The notes: generated by a model not told the origin, from the sequence alone. Counted from the first letter of the stretch, positions 19,951 to 31,480 are shown. The stretch: 64,000 bases of DNA from Rickettsiales bacterium (GCA_021299465.1 JAJTHB010000018.1:23990-87989); one strand, 5' to 3'. Numbers and translations: made by a program.

Positions 19951-20800
19951 GGCTAAGATACACATCATCGCGGGGGCAACTGCAAGCGGTAAATCCTCAA
20001 GGGCACTGGCGCTTGCCGAGGAAACAGGCGGTGTGATTATCAACGCGGATTCGCAGCAGCTATTCAAGGACCTGCCTATTCTCACAGCGCGGCCAACGCT
20101 TGAGGAAGAAGCGCGCGCGCCGCACAAGCTTTACGGCCTGCTGAATGCCAATGAATCGCCTTCGGCCGGTAAATGGCTCAAATGGGCAAAGATGGAAATT
20201 GATTGGGCGCTGGGTGAGGGGCGTCTACCTATCGTGGTAGGCGGCACCGGATTATATCTGAAAGCCTTGATGCAGGGCCTTGCCGAAATTCCCGAGATTG
20301 ATGCCGCTGTGACCAACCAAGCGGCCAATGATTATGAGGCGATGGGTAAAGCTGCGTTTGAGGAGCGGCTGCGCGTGGTTGACCCGGCCTTTTTTGAGCG
20401 GCTTAAGGTTTATGACAAGCAGCGGCTGATTCGTGCCTACGCCGTATGGCTTGGCAGCGGCAAGCCACTTTCTTTCTGGCAGCAACAGGAGCAAAAACCG
20501 TTTTATTCTGCCGATTATTTCGAAGTCGAAATGACCCTTATAGAGCGCGAAGAGCTCTATCGGCGCTGCGACGCCCGCTTTGTGAAGATGGTCGAGCAGG
20601 GGGCGGTGGAGGAGGTGGCTGAGTTAGTTTCCAGTCTCCAGTCTCCAGTCTCCAGCTTAGAAAAAATTATCGGTTTCAGGGAACTAACTGCCCACCTGAG
20701 GGGCGAACTTACCATCGAGCAAGCCATTCAAAAAGCTCAACAATCCACCCGAAACTACGCCAAGCGACAGATGACATGGTTTCGGCATCAGCTGTCATGA
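19949..20800 (+). CDS. miaA: tRNA dimethylallyltransferase
   Basis: P-loop MAKIHIIAGATASGKSS, DSQQLFKDLPILTARP, and YAKRQMTWFR at the C-terminus. Confidence 0.9.
   Translation: MAKIHIIAGATASGKSSRALALAEETGGVIINADSQQLFKDLPILTARPTLEEEARAPHKLYGLLNANESPSAGKWLKWAKMEIDWALGEGRLPIVVGGTGLYLKALMQGLAEIPEIDAAVTNQAANDYEAMGKAAFEERLRVVDPAFFERLKVYDKQRLIRAYAVWLGSGKPLSFWQQQEQKPFYSADYFEVEMTLIEREELYRRCDARFVKMVEQGAVEEVAELVSSLQSPVSSLEKIIGFRELTAHLRGELTIEQAIQKAQQSTRNYAKRQMTWFRHQLS
20631..20658 (+). repeat. heptanucleotide tandem repeat inside miaA
   Basis: CCAGTCT occurs three times, followed by a degenerate CCAGCTT. Confidence 0.9.
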
Positions 20801-20873
20801 ATTCTTAACATGACAATGGCATGATGAAAAAGTAGCTTATTAACCACCGTTAATAATAACTTTTACCTCAACC

Positions 20874-23669
20874 ATGCCAGCCCAAAACATAGAATTTAAA
20901 TCACAGCAAGACCCTTCAGCATTAAGCCAAGGCGAAGGTCGTGCGGATCTTCCTGATCCGTTAGGTGAAAAAGCACACGATAGAGTCGATCGTTATGATA
21001 AAAAGTTGGCAGAGGTCATCGGTGGCGAACGTCCTATCCTCAGCGGCGAAGGCAAAGGCGATAAATTTCTTGAGGCGCAACTTGCGACAATGTCCGCCGA
21101 GGGAATGATTCCTGAGGAATCGAATGCCTACTACCGAAAACCACAGCAGGAACGTGTGCTTGGTTATAACCCTATTCCGCATCAATATGTTTTTGATCGA
21201 GAAGGGATCTACAAAAGATTAGCGCGCGCAGGTGTCAATGATGTTCGTGTGGCCGGCGACAGCCACCAGCAACTTAGGCGCCAGCGCATTCCCATGGAAA
21301 AGCAGATCGATAGCGCGACGATGACGATTGCGATTCCAGGTGATCTCTACGCCGCCAAGGAAATGGTGCATATTGTTAGGGAAAAGCTAAGCGGCCGGAT
21401 GCTTGACCACCCGCTGATTATTGAGAATGCGGTCAACGCGCAAAATGAAGGATACTGGGATGGTTTGCTGCGCGGCATCAAAATCTTCGAAAAAGATCAG
21501 GGTCTGGGCGTCGAAGAAAATAAGCGCCGCAAATATGTTGATTTCGACGCACTCGCTCACCATTACGGCATTTACGTTACGGAAGATCGAAACAGCACGC
21601 TGGAACTTGCAAAAAAAATTGATCCCAAAACCAAACCGCTTGAGCAGCTCAATATCCGAAAACTAGTGCCCGATGGATCTGTTCTGTTTGTCGCGACCGG
21701 CACTATGAAAAAATACCATGAGATTGAAAAAATTTGCCGCGCATCCGGCATGGATGTTCGTGTTCGCCCCATTTATGAGCTGGTTGATACGTTTGTCGGG
21801 CCGCAAGAGGTTAGCCGAACCTATGAAGGCAACGTTGCAGAGAAAATGCAGTCTGCATTTACAGCCTGGAATAGTATGGGAGATGAACATTATCGTGCTG
21901 AACGCCTTAAGCATCTGGGACTTAATAAAAAACAGGTCTTCATTTTGGCGGAAGATTCGGGCTTTCATTTTGCGGAAAAAGGCATTGCGGATGAAGATGA
22001 GTTTCGCAACATCCGCCATACGATTAACCCCGATGCACCTTTCCCTGGTGTAGAAACAGGACCGGCCACGATCGGCGCTGACGGCGTTAAAGGATTCATG
22101 CGCAAAATGCAGGGCATTTTTGCAAGGCGTACACAAAAAGGCGAAGCGGTTGATCACGGTATTTCAAGCAAATCCGTGATCGCCATTGCGCCGCTTGAAC
22201 AGCAGGAATATGGTAAAATTGACATGCACATGGTCAGCGGTGAAACTCGTGGCCGGGTGACATTTACACCTTCGACATCGAAAGACGGCTCACTAGAAAT
22301 CGCTAATTACCTGATTCCCGACCCCATTCCGGGGCTACCAAGGGATCGGACCGAAGCGCAGCTGGGCGAAGACTTCATGCTTCACCATAGCCCGCGAGCA
22401 CAGGCAATGCGCGCTCAGGCCATTGAAATGCAGTTCCCCAAAAATGTCGGCAGGATGCCCATCAATGATTATTCTGATCAATTTGCCGCAGGCATCGTCG
22501 TGGATGAAGGAAGCTATGCATCCAAACATCAGGCCGATCAGCTAGCTAAAGTCGCTCATCAAGATGGCTTTGGTGTGATTACGCTGCCTTCGGCGATTGA
22601 AAAAGCAGCGGATGTTGAGAAAAATATCCTGAGTAAGTCGGATGGTATTATTTTCGCGTTTGATCCCAAGCGTGCTAAAGAAGAATTCTGGCGTAATGTG
22701 TATTTATTCACCTCGATGATCGTAGGTGAACAGACTCACGATAAGTATAAATTTACCAAGCCTTTCTATCTGGTCAATCCAAACGGCGAGTTTAAATACC
22801 TCGAAGATCTGGTGTCTGATTTTCACCATCAGGGAACGGTGCCAGAAAATCCAACCACCTTGTTTCGCTCGGTTAAAACGATTGAAGAAGCAGTCGAAGG
22901 GCTTAAAGAGGACCGGAAAAGCTATCGCCGCTATCATATCCCTGATTACGCCAGGCAGGAAAAGCCAAACGAGCCTGAAGGGCGGCGCGGCACTAAAAGC
23001 TTCAATGTTGCGGTATTCTGCTCGGCAAGCAACAAGAATGCACGTTACACGGGTGAGGCAAGAAAACTTGCCGAGATGCTTGTTAAAGAAGATTTCGGGC
23101 TGGTATCCGGCGCTGGCCTCCTTTCCATGATGGGTGAGGTCACCAAGGTTGGAAGCGAGCATCGATCATCCCACCGCGCGGAGCATCTTGGTTCCAACGT
23201 GCCTCACATTATGCCGGGGGAAGGTGATGCACGCGACCAGATGACCGAGTTTCTGATGGCGCGCAATATTTACGAGCGCATGGAATATATGATCGATAAA
23301 TCTGATGCGTTTGCTGTCATGGTAGGTGGCACAGGTACAGTGCAGGAGATGGCGCTCCTCGCTCTACTTAAGAAACGTGCAATTGAAGGCAATGATCCCT
23401 ATGCCAAGAAAAAAATGGATGGCAAGGAGATCGTTATCATCAATACACAAATGGATACAGCTAATCGTGGATTCTTTGACGGCCTCAAAAAGATTATTGA
23501 TGTGAATGACCCAGAGGCCTGTGAGAAACTTGGCATTCGCTTCGTTTCATCGGTGGATGAAGCCATGGATCGTATGCGTCAGTTGCGTGCAGCAAAAACC
23601 GGCGTTGAGATTGGTAGCGCGAACACAAAAGGGCGCGGCGCCGCTGCCGGCGCTTCGGCCAGTCTGTAA
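20874..23669 (+). CDS. 931-aa fusion: unknown N-domain + Ham1/ITPase-like domain + degenerate LOG-like domain + LOG/TIGR00730-like domain
   Basis: The Ham1 pattern reads FVATGTMKKYHEIEKI ... EVSRTYEGNVAEKM ... ILAEDSGFHF ... FPGVETGPA ... HHSPRAQAMRA. The C-terminal LOG pattern reads VAVFCSAS...LVSGAGLLSMMGEV...SDAFAVMVGGTGTVQEMA. Confidence 0.6.
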   Translation: MPAQNIEFKSQQDPSALSQGEGRADLPDPLGEKAHDRVDRYDKKLAEVIGGERPILSGEGKGDKFLEAQLATMSAEGMIPEESNAYYRKPQQERVLGYNPIPHQYVFDREGIYKRLARAGVNDVRVAGDSHQQLRRQRIPMEKQIDSATMTIAIPGDLYAAKEMVHIVREKLSGRMLDHPLIIENAVNAQNEGYWDGLLRGIKIFEKDQGLGVEENKRRKYVDFDALAHHYGIYVTEDRNSTLELAKKIDPKTKPLEQLNIRKLVPDGSVLFVATGTMKKYHEIEKICRASGMDVRVRPIYELVDTFVGPQEVSRTYEGNVAEKMQSAFTAWNSMGDEHYRAERLKHLGLNKKQVFILAEDSGFHFAEKGIADEDEFRNIRHTINPDAPFPGVETGPATIGADGVKGFMRKMQGIFARRTQKGEAVDHGISSKSVIAIAPLEQQEYGKIDMHMVSGETRGRVTFTPSTSKDGSLEIANYLIPDPIPGLPRDRTEAQLGEDFMLHHSPRAQAMRAQAIEMQFPKNVGRMPINDYSDQFAAGIVVDEGSYASKHQADQLAKVAHQDGFGVITLPSAIEKAADVEKNILSKSDGIIFAFDPKRAKEEFWRNVYLFTSMIVGEQTHDKYKFTKPFYLVNPNGEFKYLEDLVSDFHHQGTVPENPTTLFRSVKTIEEAVEGLKEDRKSYRRYHIPDYARQEKPNEPEGRRGTKSFNVAVFCSASNKNARYTGEARKLAEMLVKEDFGLVSGAGLLSMMGEVTKVGSEHRSSHRAEHLGSNVPHIMPGEGDARDQMTEFLMARNIYERMEYMIDKSDAFAVMVGGTGTVQEMALLALLKKRAIEGNDPYAKKKMDGKEIVIINTQMDTANRGFFDGLKKIIDVNDPEACEKLGIRFVSSVDEAMDRMRQLRAAKTGVEIGSANTKGRGAAAGASASL

Positions 23670-23670
23670 A

Positions 23671-24291
23671 TCAGCGATTATTGCCTTGCTGAGATTTCTG
23701 ATCGAGTGCTTCGGTATGTTTTTTCGCTGCGCCACGCGAGCTGGCAATCGCCATGATCGCACCCACCGCAACCGACGCCACCGCGCCGGTGGCGAAGGCA
23801 ACCTCGAGCCACTGGTGCTTTTTCAGCACCTTGGCTTCATCCCATACATTGTTAAAGCCCAGAATTTTTTTGCGCTCCTTGAGCGCTTTGTCGTATTCCC
23901 GGCTGACTGCCGCCATGCGCTTGGGTGCATCGATGACGGGCTCGCCTTGTCCCCAAGGTTTGGTTGAGCGTGCCGCTTCACTGATGGCGTTATATTCCTT
24001 ATCACGGGTGATTTGCAGGTCTGCAAATGCGCCCATCTCACCTTTGTTGACTGTTTTGAAGAATGCGCGGGAAATGGCGTCGCGTGCGGTCACCAGTGTG
24101 GCTGCGATTGCAAATAATGCGCCGCTTACTTTTGCTGTTGTCGTATCCAGCCACGATCCGCTGCGGTTATTGCCCTCAGAGGTGATGATGTTCTCGACAG
24201 TCGCAACCGCAGCAGCAGATTCAAGCCCCATATTATTTTGAAGGGAGCTGGATTCGCTTCGGTTCTGATTTTTAGAGGCGATTTCAGACAT
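23671..24291 (-). CDS. hypothetical membrane-associated protein
   Basis: An ORF with hydrophobic segments (GALFAIAATLV, AFATGAVASVAVGAIMAIA). No family was recognised. Confidence 0.4.
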   Translation of the reverse strand: MSEIASKNQNRSESSSLQNNMGLESAAAVATVENIITSEGNNRSGSWLDTTTAKVSGALFAIAATLVTARDAISRAFFKTVNKGEMGAFADLQITRDKEYNAISEAARSTKPWGQGEPVIDAPKRMAAVSREYDKALKERKKILGFNNVWDEAKVLKKHQWLEVAFATGAVASVAVGAIMAIASSRGAAKKHTEALDQKSQQGNNR

Positions 24292-24435
24292 TCAACTAAA
24301 ACGGCTTAATGTTTGTTATAGCCAAATTATGGTTAATTTAGCCCAGATGGTCAAATGACAGAATTATGACAATAAAGAATTGACGCAAACCCGCAGAAAA
24401 ACTAGATTAATTTTTCATTTTGACATGAATCGCCT

Positions 24436-26226
24436 ATGAAATCCGTGCTAAAAACCAACCCATCAGAAGCCCCGAACGCTAAAAACGACCTTCTCGGTGC
24501 AGAGGCGATTGTGCGCGCGCTGGCGAATGAAGATGTTGATACGGTGTTCGGCTATCCCGGCGGCGCTGTGCTGCCGATTTACGATGCGCTCTTCAAGCAG
24601 AACCATGTGCGCCATATTCTGGTGCGCCATGAGCAGGCGGCAACCCACGCCGCGGAGGGCTATGCGCGCTCGACCGGCAAGGTGGGCGTGGTGCTGGTGA
24701 CATCCGGCCCGGGCGCAACCAACGCGGTGACCGGACTCACCGATGCGATGCTGGATTCCATTCCCATGGTGTGCATCACCGGCCAGGTACCGACCCACTT
24801 GATTGGTTCCGATGCGTTTCAGGAAGCGGACACGACGGGCATTACCCGCTCCTGCACGAAATATAATTATCTGGTGCGCTCGGTAGAGGAGCTGCCGCGT
24901 ATCATGCATGAGGCGTTTCATGTTGCGCGCAGTGGTCGGCCGGGGCCGGTGGTGATCGATATTCCCAAAAACATCATGAACCAGAAGCTGGTTTATGGCG
25001 GCAAACCGGATTCGGTGCGCGCCTCGTACAACCCGCAAACGGTTGGTGATCCGGCACAGATTGAAAAAGCCATCCAGCTGATGGCGACCGCGCGCAGGCC
25101 GATTTTTTATGTCGGCGGCGGCGTGATTAATTCAGGCTTAGATGCCTGCGCGAAGCTCACAGAATTTGTGCGCGCAACCGGCTTTCCCTGCACCAATACG
25201 CTGATGGGGCTTGGCGCATTTCCGGGTAGCGATCCGCAATTTGTCGGCATGCTCGGCATGCATGGCAGCTTAGAGGCCAATATGTGCATGGCCGAGTGTG
25301 ACGTGATGATTAATATCGGCGCGCGCTTTGATGACCGCGTGACCGGCAGGCTGGATGCGTTTTCGCCGAAATCAAAAAAAATCCATGTCGATATCGACCC
25401 CAGCTCGATCAATAAAAATGTGCGGGTGCATGTGCCGATTGTGGGCGATGCCGGCGTGGTTATCAGTCAGATGATGGAGGCGTGGAAAGCGCGCAGCGCA
25501 AAACCAGACAAGGCAGCGCTGGCAGAGTGGTGGAAAAAAATCGAGGGCTGGCGCGCAAGGAAAAGTTTTTCTTACGATCAGGGCAAAGAAATCATCAAGC
25601 CGCAGCATGCGCTCGCCCGCCTGCAGGCACTCACCAAGGCGAAGTCGCCTTATATCACCACCGATGTCGGCCAGCACCAGATGTGGGCAGCGCAATATCT
25701 GCTGTATGAAAAACCTTATAAATGGATGACGAGCGGTGGCCTCGGGACGATGGGTTACGGCCTACCTTCCGCCATGGGCGTGCAGATCGCGCATCCGGAA
25801 GATTTGGTGGTGTGCGTGACCGGCGAGGCCAGCTTCATGATGAATATTCAGGAGCTTTCGACCATCACCCAATACCGCCTGCCGGTGAAAATTTTCATTC
25901 TCAATAATCACTGCATGGGCATGGTGCGCCAGTGGCAGCAGATGTTCCATGGCTGCCGCTACAGCGAATCCTACATGGACTCGCTGCCGGATTTTGTGAA
26001 GCTCGCTGAAGCGTATGGTATGAAGGGCCTTCAATGCAGCAAGCCTTCCGAACTCGATGCCACCATCGAGCAGATGATGGCCATACCCGGGCCAGTGCTA
26101 TGCGATATTATCGTCGACCCCGAAGAAAACGTCTACCCCATGATCCCCGCCGGCGCCGCGCATAACGAGCTGCTCCTTCGCCCCGAGGACAATAAGGGTG
26201 ATATCAAGACGGGGGATTTGTTGTGA
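24436..26226 (+). CDS. ilvI: acetolactate synthase large subunit
   Basis: ThDP enzyme blocks are present: GYPGGAVLPIYDAL, TSGPGATN, GGLGTMGYGLPSAMG. Confidence 0.9.
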   Translation: MKSVLKTNPSEAPNAKNDLLGAEAIVRALANEDVDTVFGYPGGAVLPIYDALFKQNHVRHILVRHEQAATHAAEGYARSTGKVGVVLVTSGPGATNAVTGLTDAMLDSIPMVCITGQVPTHLIGSDAFQEADTTGITRSCTKYNYLVRSVEELPRIMHEAFHVARSGRPGPVVIDIPKNIMNQKLVYGGKPDSVRASYNPQTVGDPAQIEKAIQLMATARRPIFYVGGGVINSGLDACAKLTEFVRATGFPCTNTLMGLGAFPGSDPQFVGMLGMHGSLEANMCMAECDVMINIGARFDDRVTGRLDAFSPKSKKIHVDIDPSSINKNVRVHVPIVGDAGVVISQMMEAWKARSAKPDKAALAEWWKKIEGWRARKSFSYDQGKEIIKPQHALARLQALTKAKSPYITTDVGQHQMWAAQYLLYEKPYKWMTSGGLGTMGYGLPSAMGVQIAHPEDLVVCVTGEASFMMNIQELSTITQYRLPVKIFILNNHCMGMVRQWQQMFHGCRYSESYMDSLPDFVKLAEAYGMKGLQCSKPSELDATIEQMMAIPGPVLCDIIVDPEENVYPMIPAGAAHNELLLRPEDNKGDIKTGDLL

Positions 26227-26234
26227 TTTTAAAT

Positions 26235-26287
26235 TGTCACCCCGTCGCATGACGGGGTCTGAATGCCGCCGTAAAGACGGCATGACA
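26235..26287. repeat. composite double hairpin (REP-like) just after ilvI
   Basis: ACCCCGTC-GCAT-GACGGGGT and ATGCCGCC-GTAAA-GACGGCAT are enclosed by TGTCA...TGACA. Confidence 0.65.
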
Positions 26288-26297
26288 GGAACAGGAT

Positions 26298-26642
26298 ATG
26301 ACTAAACACTATTACGTATATATATTAGCGAAAGCGCGAAACAGTACGTTCTATGTTGGTGTGACGAATGATTTGATACGCAGGGTATATGAGCATAAGA
26401 ATGATCTGGCGGATGGGTTTACGAAGAAATACGGCATTAAAATGCTTGTATATTATGAAATGTGCGATGATGTGAATGCAGCCATATGGCGGGAAAAACT
26501 GATCAAGAAATGGCGCAGAGAAATTAAAATGGAAGCGATTGAACGGATGAATCCGCAGTGGAAAGATTTGTATTACGATTTAACGGGTGAACCGGATCCC
26601 GTCATTCGACGGGATGACAAACTGGCGGGGGATTTGTTGTGA
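26298..26642 (+). CDS. GIY-YIG nuclease family protein
   Basis: YYVYILAKARNSTFYVGVTNDLIRRVYEHK carries the GIY...YVG motif plus the conserved R and E. The gene is AT-rich. Confidence 0.8.
   Translation: MTKHYYVYILAKARNSTFYVGVTNDLIRRVYEHKNDLADGFTKKYGIKMLVYYEMCDDVNAAIWREKLIKKWRREIKMEAIERMNPQWKDLYYDLTGEPDPVIRRDDKLAGDLL
26596..26615. repeat. short GC-rich palindrome inside the 3' end of the GIY-YIG ORF
   Basis: ATCCCGTC-ATTC-GACGGGAT, which encodes ...DPVIRRD... Confidence 0.6.
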
Positions 26643-27102
26643 GTAAACCAGAGCTTGTTGTTAGTGTTGCTGCGCTTCATCTTGTAATGCTCAGGAAAAT
26701 TGCAACTGGGAGAGATTGGATTAGAGAAACTGATTTGATTGAAGGGACTAAAGTTACGGATGTTAAGACTATAGATAAACAATTATCAAAATTCGCTGAT
26801 GGGCAAGAAGAGCCTCAGAAGGTTTCATACGAAGATAACAGTCCCCTCAGAAGATCACATGATACCTTTAGAACTATTGTGAAAGCGCAGATTTCTACTT
26901 TGCTGGGTTCTAACTATATTGAATTAATTCCAAGAGATAATCCAATTTATTCAGTTAGCTCTCGCGGCAGGAGTAATTTTTATAAGATTACCGAAAAAGG
27001 CCGTAAATACCTTGCTAATTTACAAGAAAGTTTGGTCAGTGATGGTCCTCACAGTCGAGTCGCATTAGATCATTCAATAAAAACAAGCAATGCAGGTATC
27101 TC

Positions 27103-27106
<4 letters not shown>
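26639..27106 (+). CDS. hypothetical protein, possible winged-helix DNA binding C-terminus
   Basis: An AT-rich ORF. Its GTG start overlaps the upstream TGA and its stop overlaps the ilvH ATG. SRGRSNFYKITEKGRKYL resembles a wHTH wing. Confidence 0.45.
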
Positions 27107-29304
<2,198 letters not shown>

Positions 29305-29335
29305 TGCGGGTCATGCAGCAAATTCCTACCATCAA

Positions 29336-30406
29336 TTGCGTATGAAAGAAAGCCGACTGGATATGGCGCAATGCATTGATGCTGCCAAGAAAGCATGCTG
29401 GCTACTGCTATGCCTGATGCTGCTCATGCGCGCCTTCGTGTGGATGCAGCAGAATATGCCGGAATTTCCAACTCAAAGCCTGGAAGAATATGTCGATGGC
29501 ACAGGTCGAACGCCATTTGCTTACCGCGCATTATTGCCGAAGACCGTTGCCGCCATCGAATATCTGACACCGCAGACATTTCAGCAACCGATTGCCAATA
29601 TGACTCGTGATATCGTAACGCTGTACAGCGCGATGATCTGGACACCCACGGAAATATGGACCAAGCCAGACCGCTTCTTTTTTCTTCGCTTTACCGCGGC
29701 GGCGCTCATGCTCGGGCTACTGATTGGCTATGCGCTTGCGCTTTATCGTTTGGCGAATCTGTTGATGCCACAAACCATGGCAGGCAGGATTGCGCCGCTG
29801 CTGGGGCTTTACCTGATCCCCATTGGTTCTTGGAAAGCCGCTTATCTTTATGATGCCGGAACACTTTTTTTTACCGCATGGGCATTTTACCTGCTGCTTA
29901 CCGGACGCTTAAAAGCCTATCTCTTCTGCTTTATGCTTGCGTGTTTTAACCGCGAAACAGCCTTTTACCTGATGATATTGTCAGCCTTGATACAGCTCGG
30001 CACCATGCCGCGCCGATCTTATTATGGATTTCTGGCCGTTCAATGTCTGCTCTGGGGCGCTATCACCCTCTTGCTGCGAACTATTTATGGCGACAATCTC
30101 GGCTCTTACAGTTTGCATTTACTCAATAATTTACGCTTGGCGATTGGCGGGTTTGAGCTCATCAACGGCTTGTCGATCATCGTTTTTCTATTTGTGCTGG
30201 CCTATGGATGGCAGCAAAAACCTGAGCTACTCAGGAAAACCATCTGGATTATAGCCTTGGCAGCTGCCTTATGGCTGGGATTTGGGCGCATTCAGGAAGT
30301 GCGCGCGATCTATGATGTATTTCCATTCCTGACCTTAATGCTAAGCCATAGTTTGGCAGTGGCAATAAATGGAATGAGTAACGCTGGAAAAAATAACGAT
30401 AGCTAA
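29336..30406 (+). CDS. hypothetical polytopic membrane protein
   Basis: At least 8 hydrophobic helices, e.g. FTAAALMLGLLIGYALALY and IALAAALWLGFG. No family was recognised. Confidence 0.5.
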   Translation: MRMKESRLDMAQCIDAAKKACWLLLCLMLLMRAFVWMQQNMPEFPTQSLEEYVDGTGRTPFAYRALLPKTVAAIEYLTPQTFQQPIANMTRDIVTLYSAMIWTPTEIWTKPDRFFFLRFTAAALMLGLLIGYALALYRLANLLMPQTMAGRIAPLLGLYLIPIGSWKAAYLYDAGTLFFTAWAFYLLLTGRLKAYLFCFMLACFNRETAFYLMILSALIQLGTMPRRSYYGFLAVQCLLWGAITLLLRTIYGDNLGSYSLHLLNNLRLAIGGFELINGLSIIVFLFVLAYGWQQKPELLRKTIWIIALAAALWLGFGRIQEVRAIYDVFPFLTLMLSHSLAVAINGMSNAGKNNDS

Positions 30407-31164
30407 CGCTGCATTGATGCTCTTTTTTCCGGCGGCGTCCATGCAGCTGCAATCGTACCGCTGGCAGCTGCGACCCAATGGCGGGCAAGATCCATCAGGT
30501 TTTTCCAGTCGGTTTTATCCGTGGTTGGTTTGAGATCGAGATTATCTTTGATTTCTTTCATCAGTTCGCGCGCTCTTGCGGCATGCTCGCCTGGTGTCCA
30601 GGTAAAGCCGCGATCATCCAGCGTGCCGGTCATCATCGCAGCTTCCATGGCATCCTTCAGTTTCGCTGCCTGATTGGCCACCGGCTCCTTGGCCGTAGGG
30701 CGAACAATGCGTTCAATGGAAAGCCCGTTGCACAGCATGAACATCACGCCGGTAAACTGAATCTGCCAGACATCCAGCGCGGTGCCGTAGGTGGTGATGC
30801 CGGCGGCGCCGGAGATCAGCGCCATTTGTTGCAGCAGGCGCTGCGTGCTGATCGGTTCGGTGGTTTGCTCTTTGCCTTCTGAATCCCTGTATTTAAAGCG
30901 CAGCTCTTTGCCGAACCATTTTTCCATGGTTCCTCGTGTCCGCTGAAAGTCGAATAGCGTATTGGCCGGAAAACTAATGACGTTGTAACCTACTTTCAGC
31001 ATTCCAGGCCAGAGCGGTGCGCCCTCGGCGATACTGAGTGCTTCGCCGCCACCAAGAAAAACACTGCCTCCCAATGAAAGCATTCCCAGCAGAGTTCCTT
31101 CATCCGCTTTTTCCATGCCTGGAACTTTTCTGACGGCAGTCAAAAGCTTATCCGTGTAACCCAT
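30403..31164 (-). CDS. hypothetical membrane-associated protein
   Basis: ORF with a glycine-zipper-like LGMLSLGGSVFLGGGEAL. The ATG at 31164 is preferred over the TTG at 31188. Confidence 0.4.
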   Translation of the reverse strand: MGYTDKLLTAVRKVPGMEKADEGTLLGMLSLGGSVFLGGGEALSIAEGAPLWPGMLKVGYNVISFPANTLFDFQRTRGTMEKWFGKELRFKYRDSEGKEQTTEPISTQRLLQQMALISGAAGITTYGTALDVWQIQFTGVMFMLCNGLSIERIVRPTAKEPVANQAAKLKDAMEAAMMTGTLDDRGFTWTPGEHAARARELMKEIKDNLDLKPTTDKTDWKNLMDLARHWVAAASGTIAAAWTPPEKRASMQR

Positions 31165-31333
31165 TTTTGCCGCTTTGCAGGTCGGCAAGGATCATTGCGA
31201 TGGCAAGCATGCATGCGCCGCCATAGCGCACGTGATCCGGCGCGCCGGGGGCGATCATGGTGGTCGTGCCGGCGGCCATGGCAATGGCGGGTAGAGCGTC
31301 TTTGGTAAACCTGAAAGGATCCATATCAACCAC
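31148..31333 (-). CDS. possible small membrane protein overlapping the start of the downstream ORF
   Basis: A 61-codon ORF with hydrophobic AIAMAAGTTTMIAPGAP...CMLAIAMILA. It overlaps the next ORF by 17 nt. Confidence 0.2.
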   Translation of the reverse strand: MVDMDPFRFTKDALPAIAMAAGTTTMIAPGAPDHVRYGGACMLAIAMILADLQSGKNGLHG

Positions 31334-31480
31334 TATAATTAATGATATTTAATTATTTTATAATGGTGTCTAGGGCAACTGATTTTCTTGAAAGCAGGGC
31401 GTGGTTACGCTATTGCTGGCATAATTTTTTGAGATTCAGCAGGTTATTTTATTATTCACTGCCCCATGAACTGATAGGAG

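Larger units (their letters stand above)
26227..26642 (+). mobile_element. GIY-YIG cassette inserted at the 3' end of ilvI, bounded by a 16-bp direct repeat
   Basis: GGGGGATTTGTTGTGA occurs at 26211-26226 (end of ilvI) and again at 26627-26642 (end of the GIY-YIG ORF). Both proteins therefore end in GDLL. Confidence 0.6.

Noticed and set aside
24424-24438. Four-codon mini-ORF (MNRL) overlapping the ilvI start as a leader peptide
   Set aside because: It is too short, has no branched-chain codon run, and has no attenuator hairpin. It is most likely coincidental.
31148-31188. Possible frameshift (A5 run) joining the 61-codon ORF to the 261-aa ORF, which would make a pseudogene
   Set aside because: A normal ATG at 31164 with a 17-nt overlap gives an ordinary overlapping gene pair. 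Without homologs I cannot show that a single ancestral frame existed.
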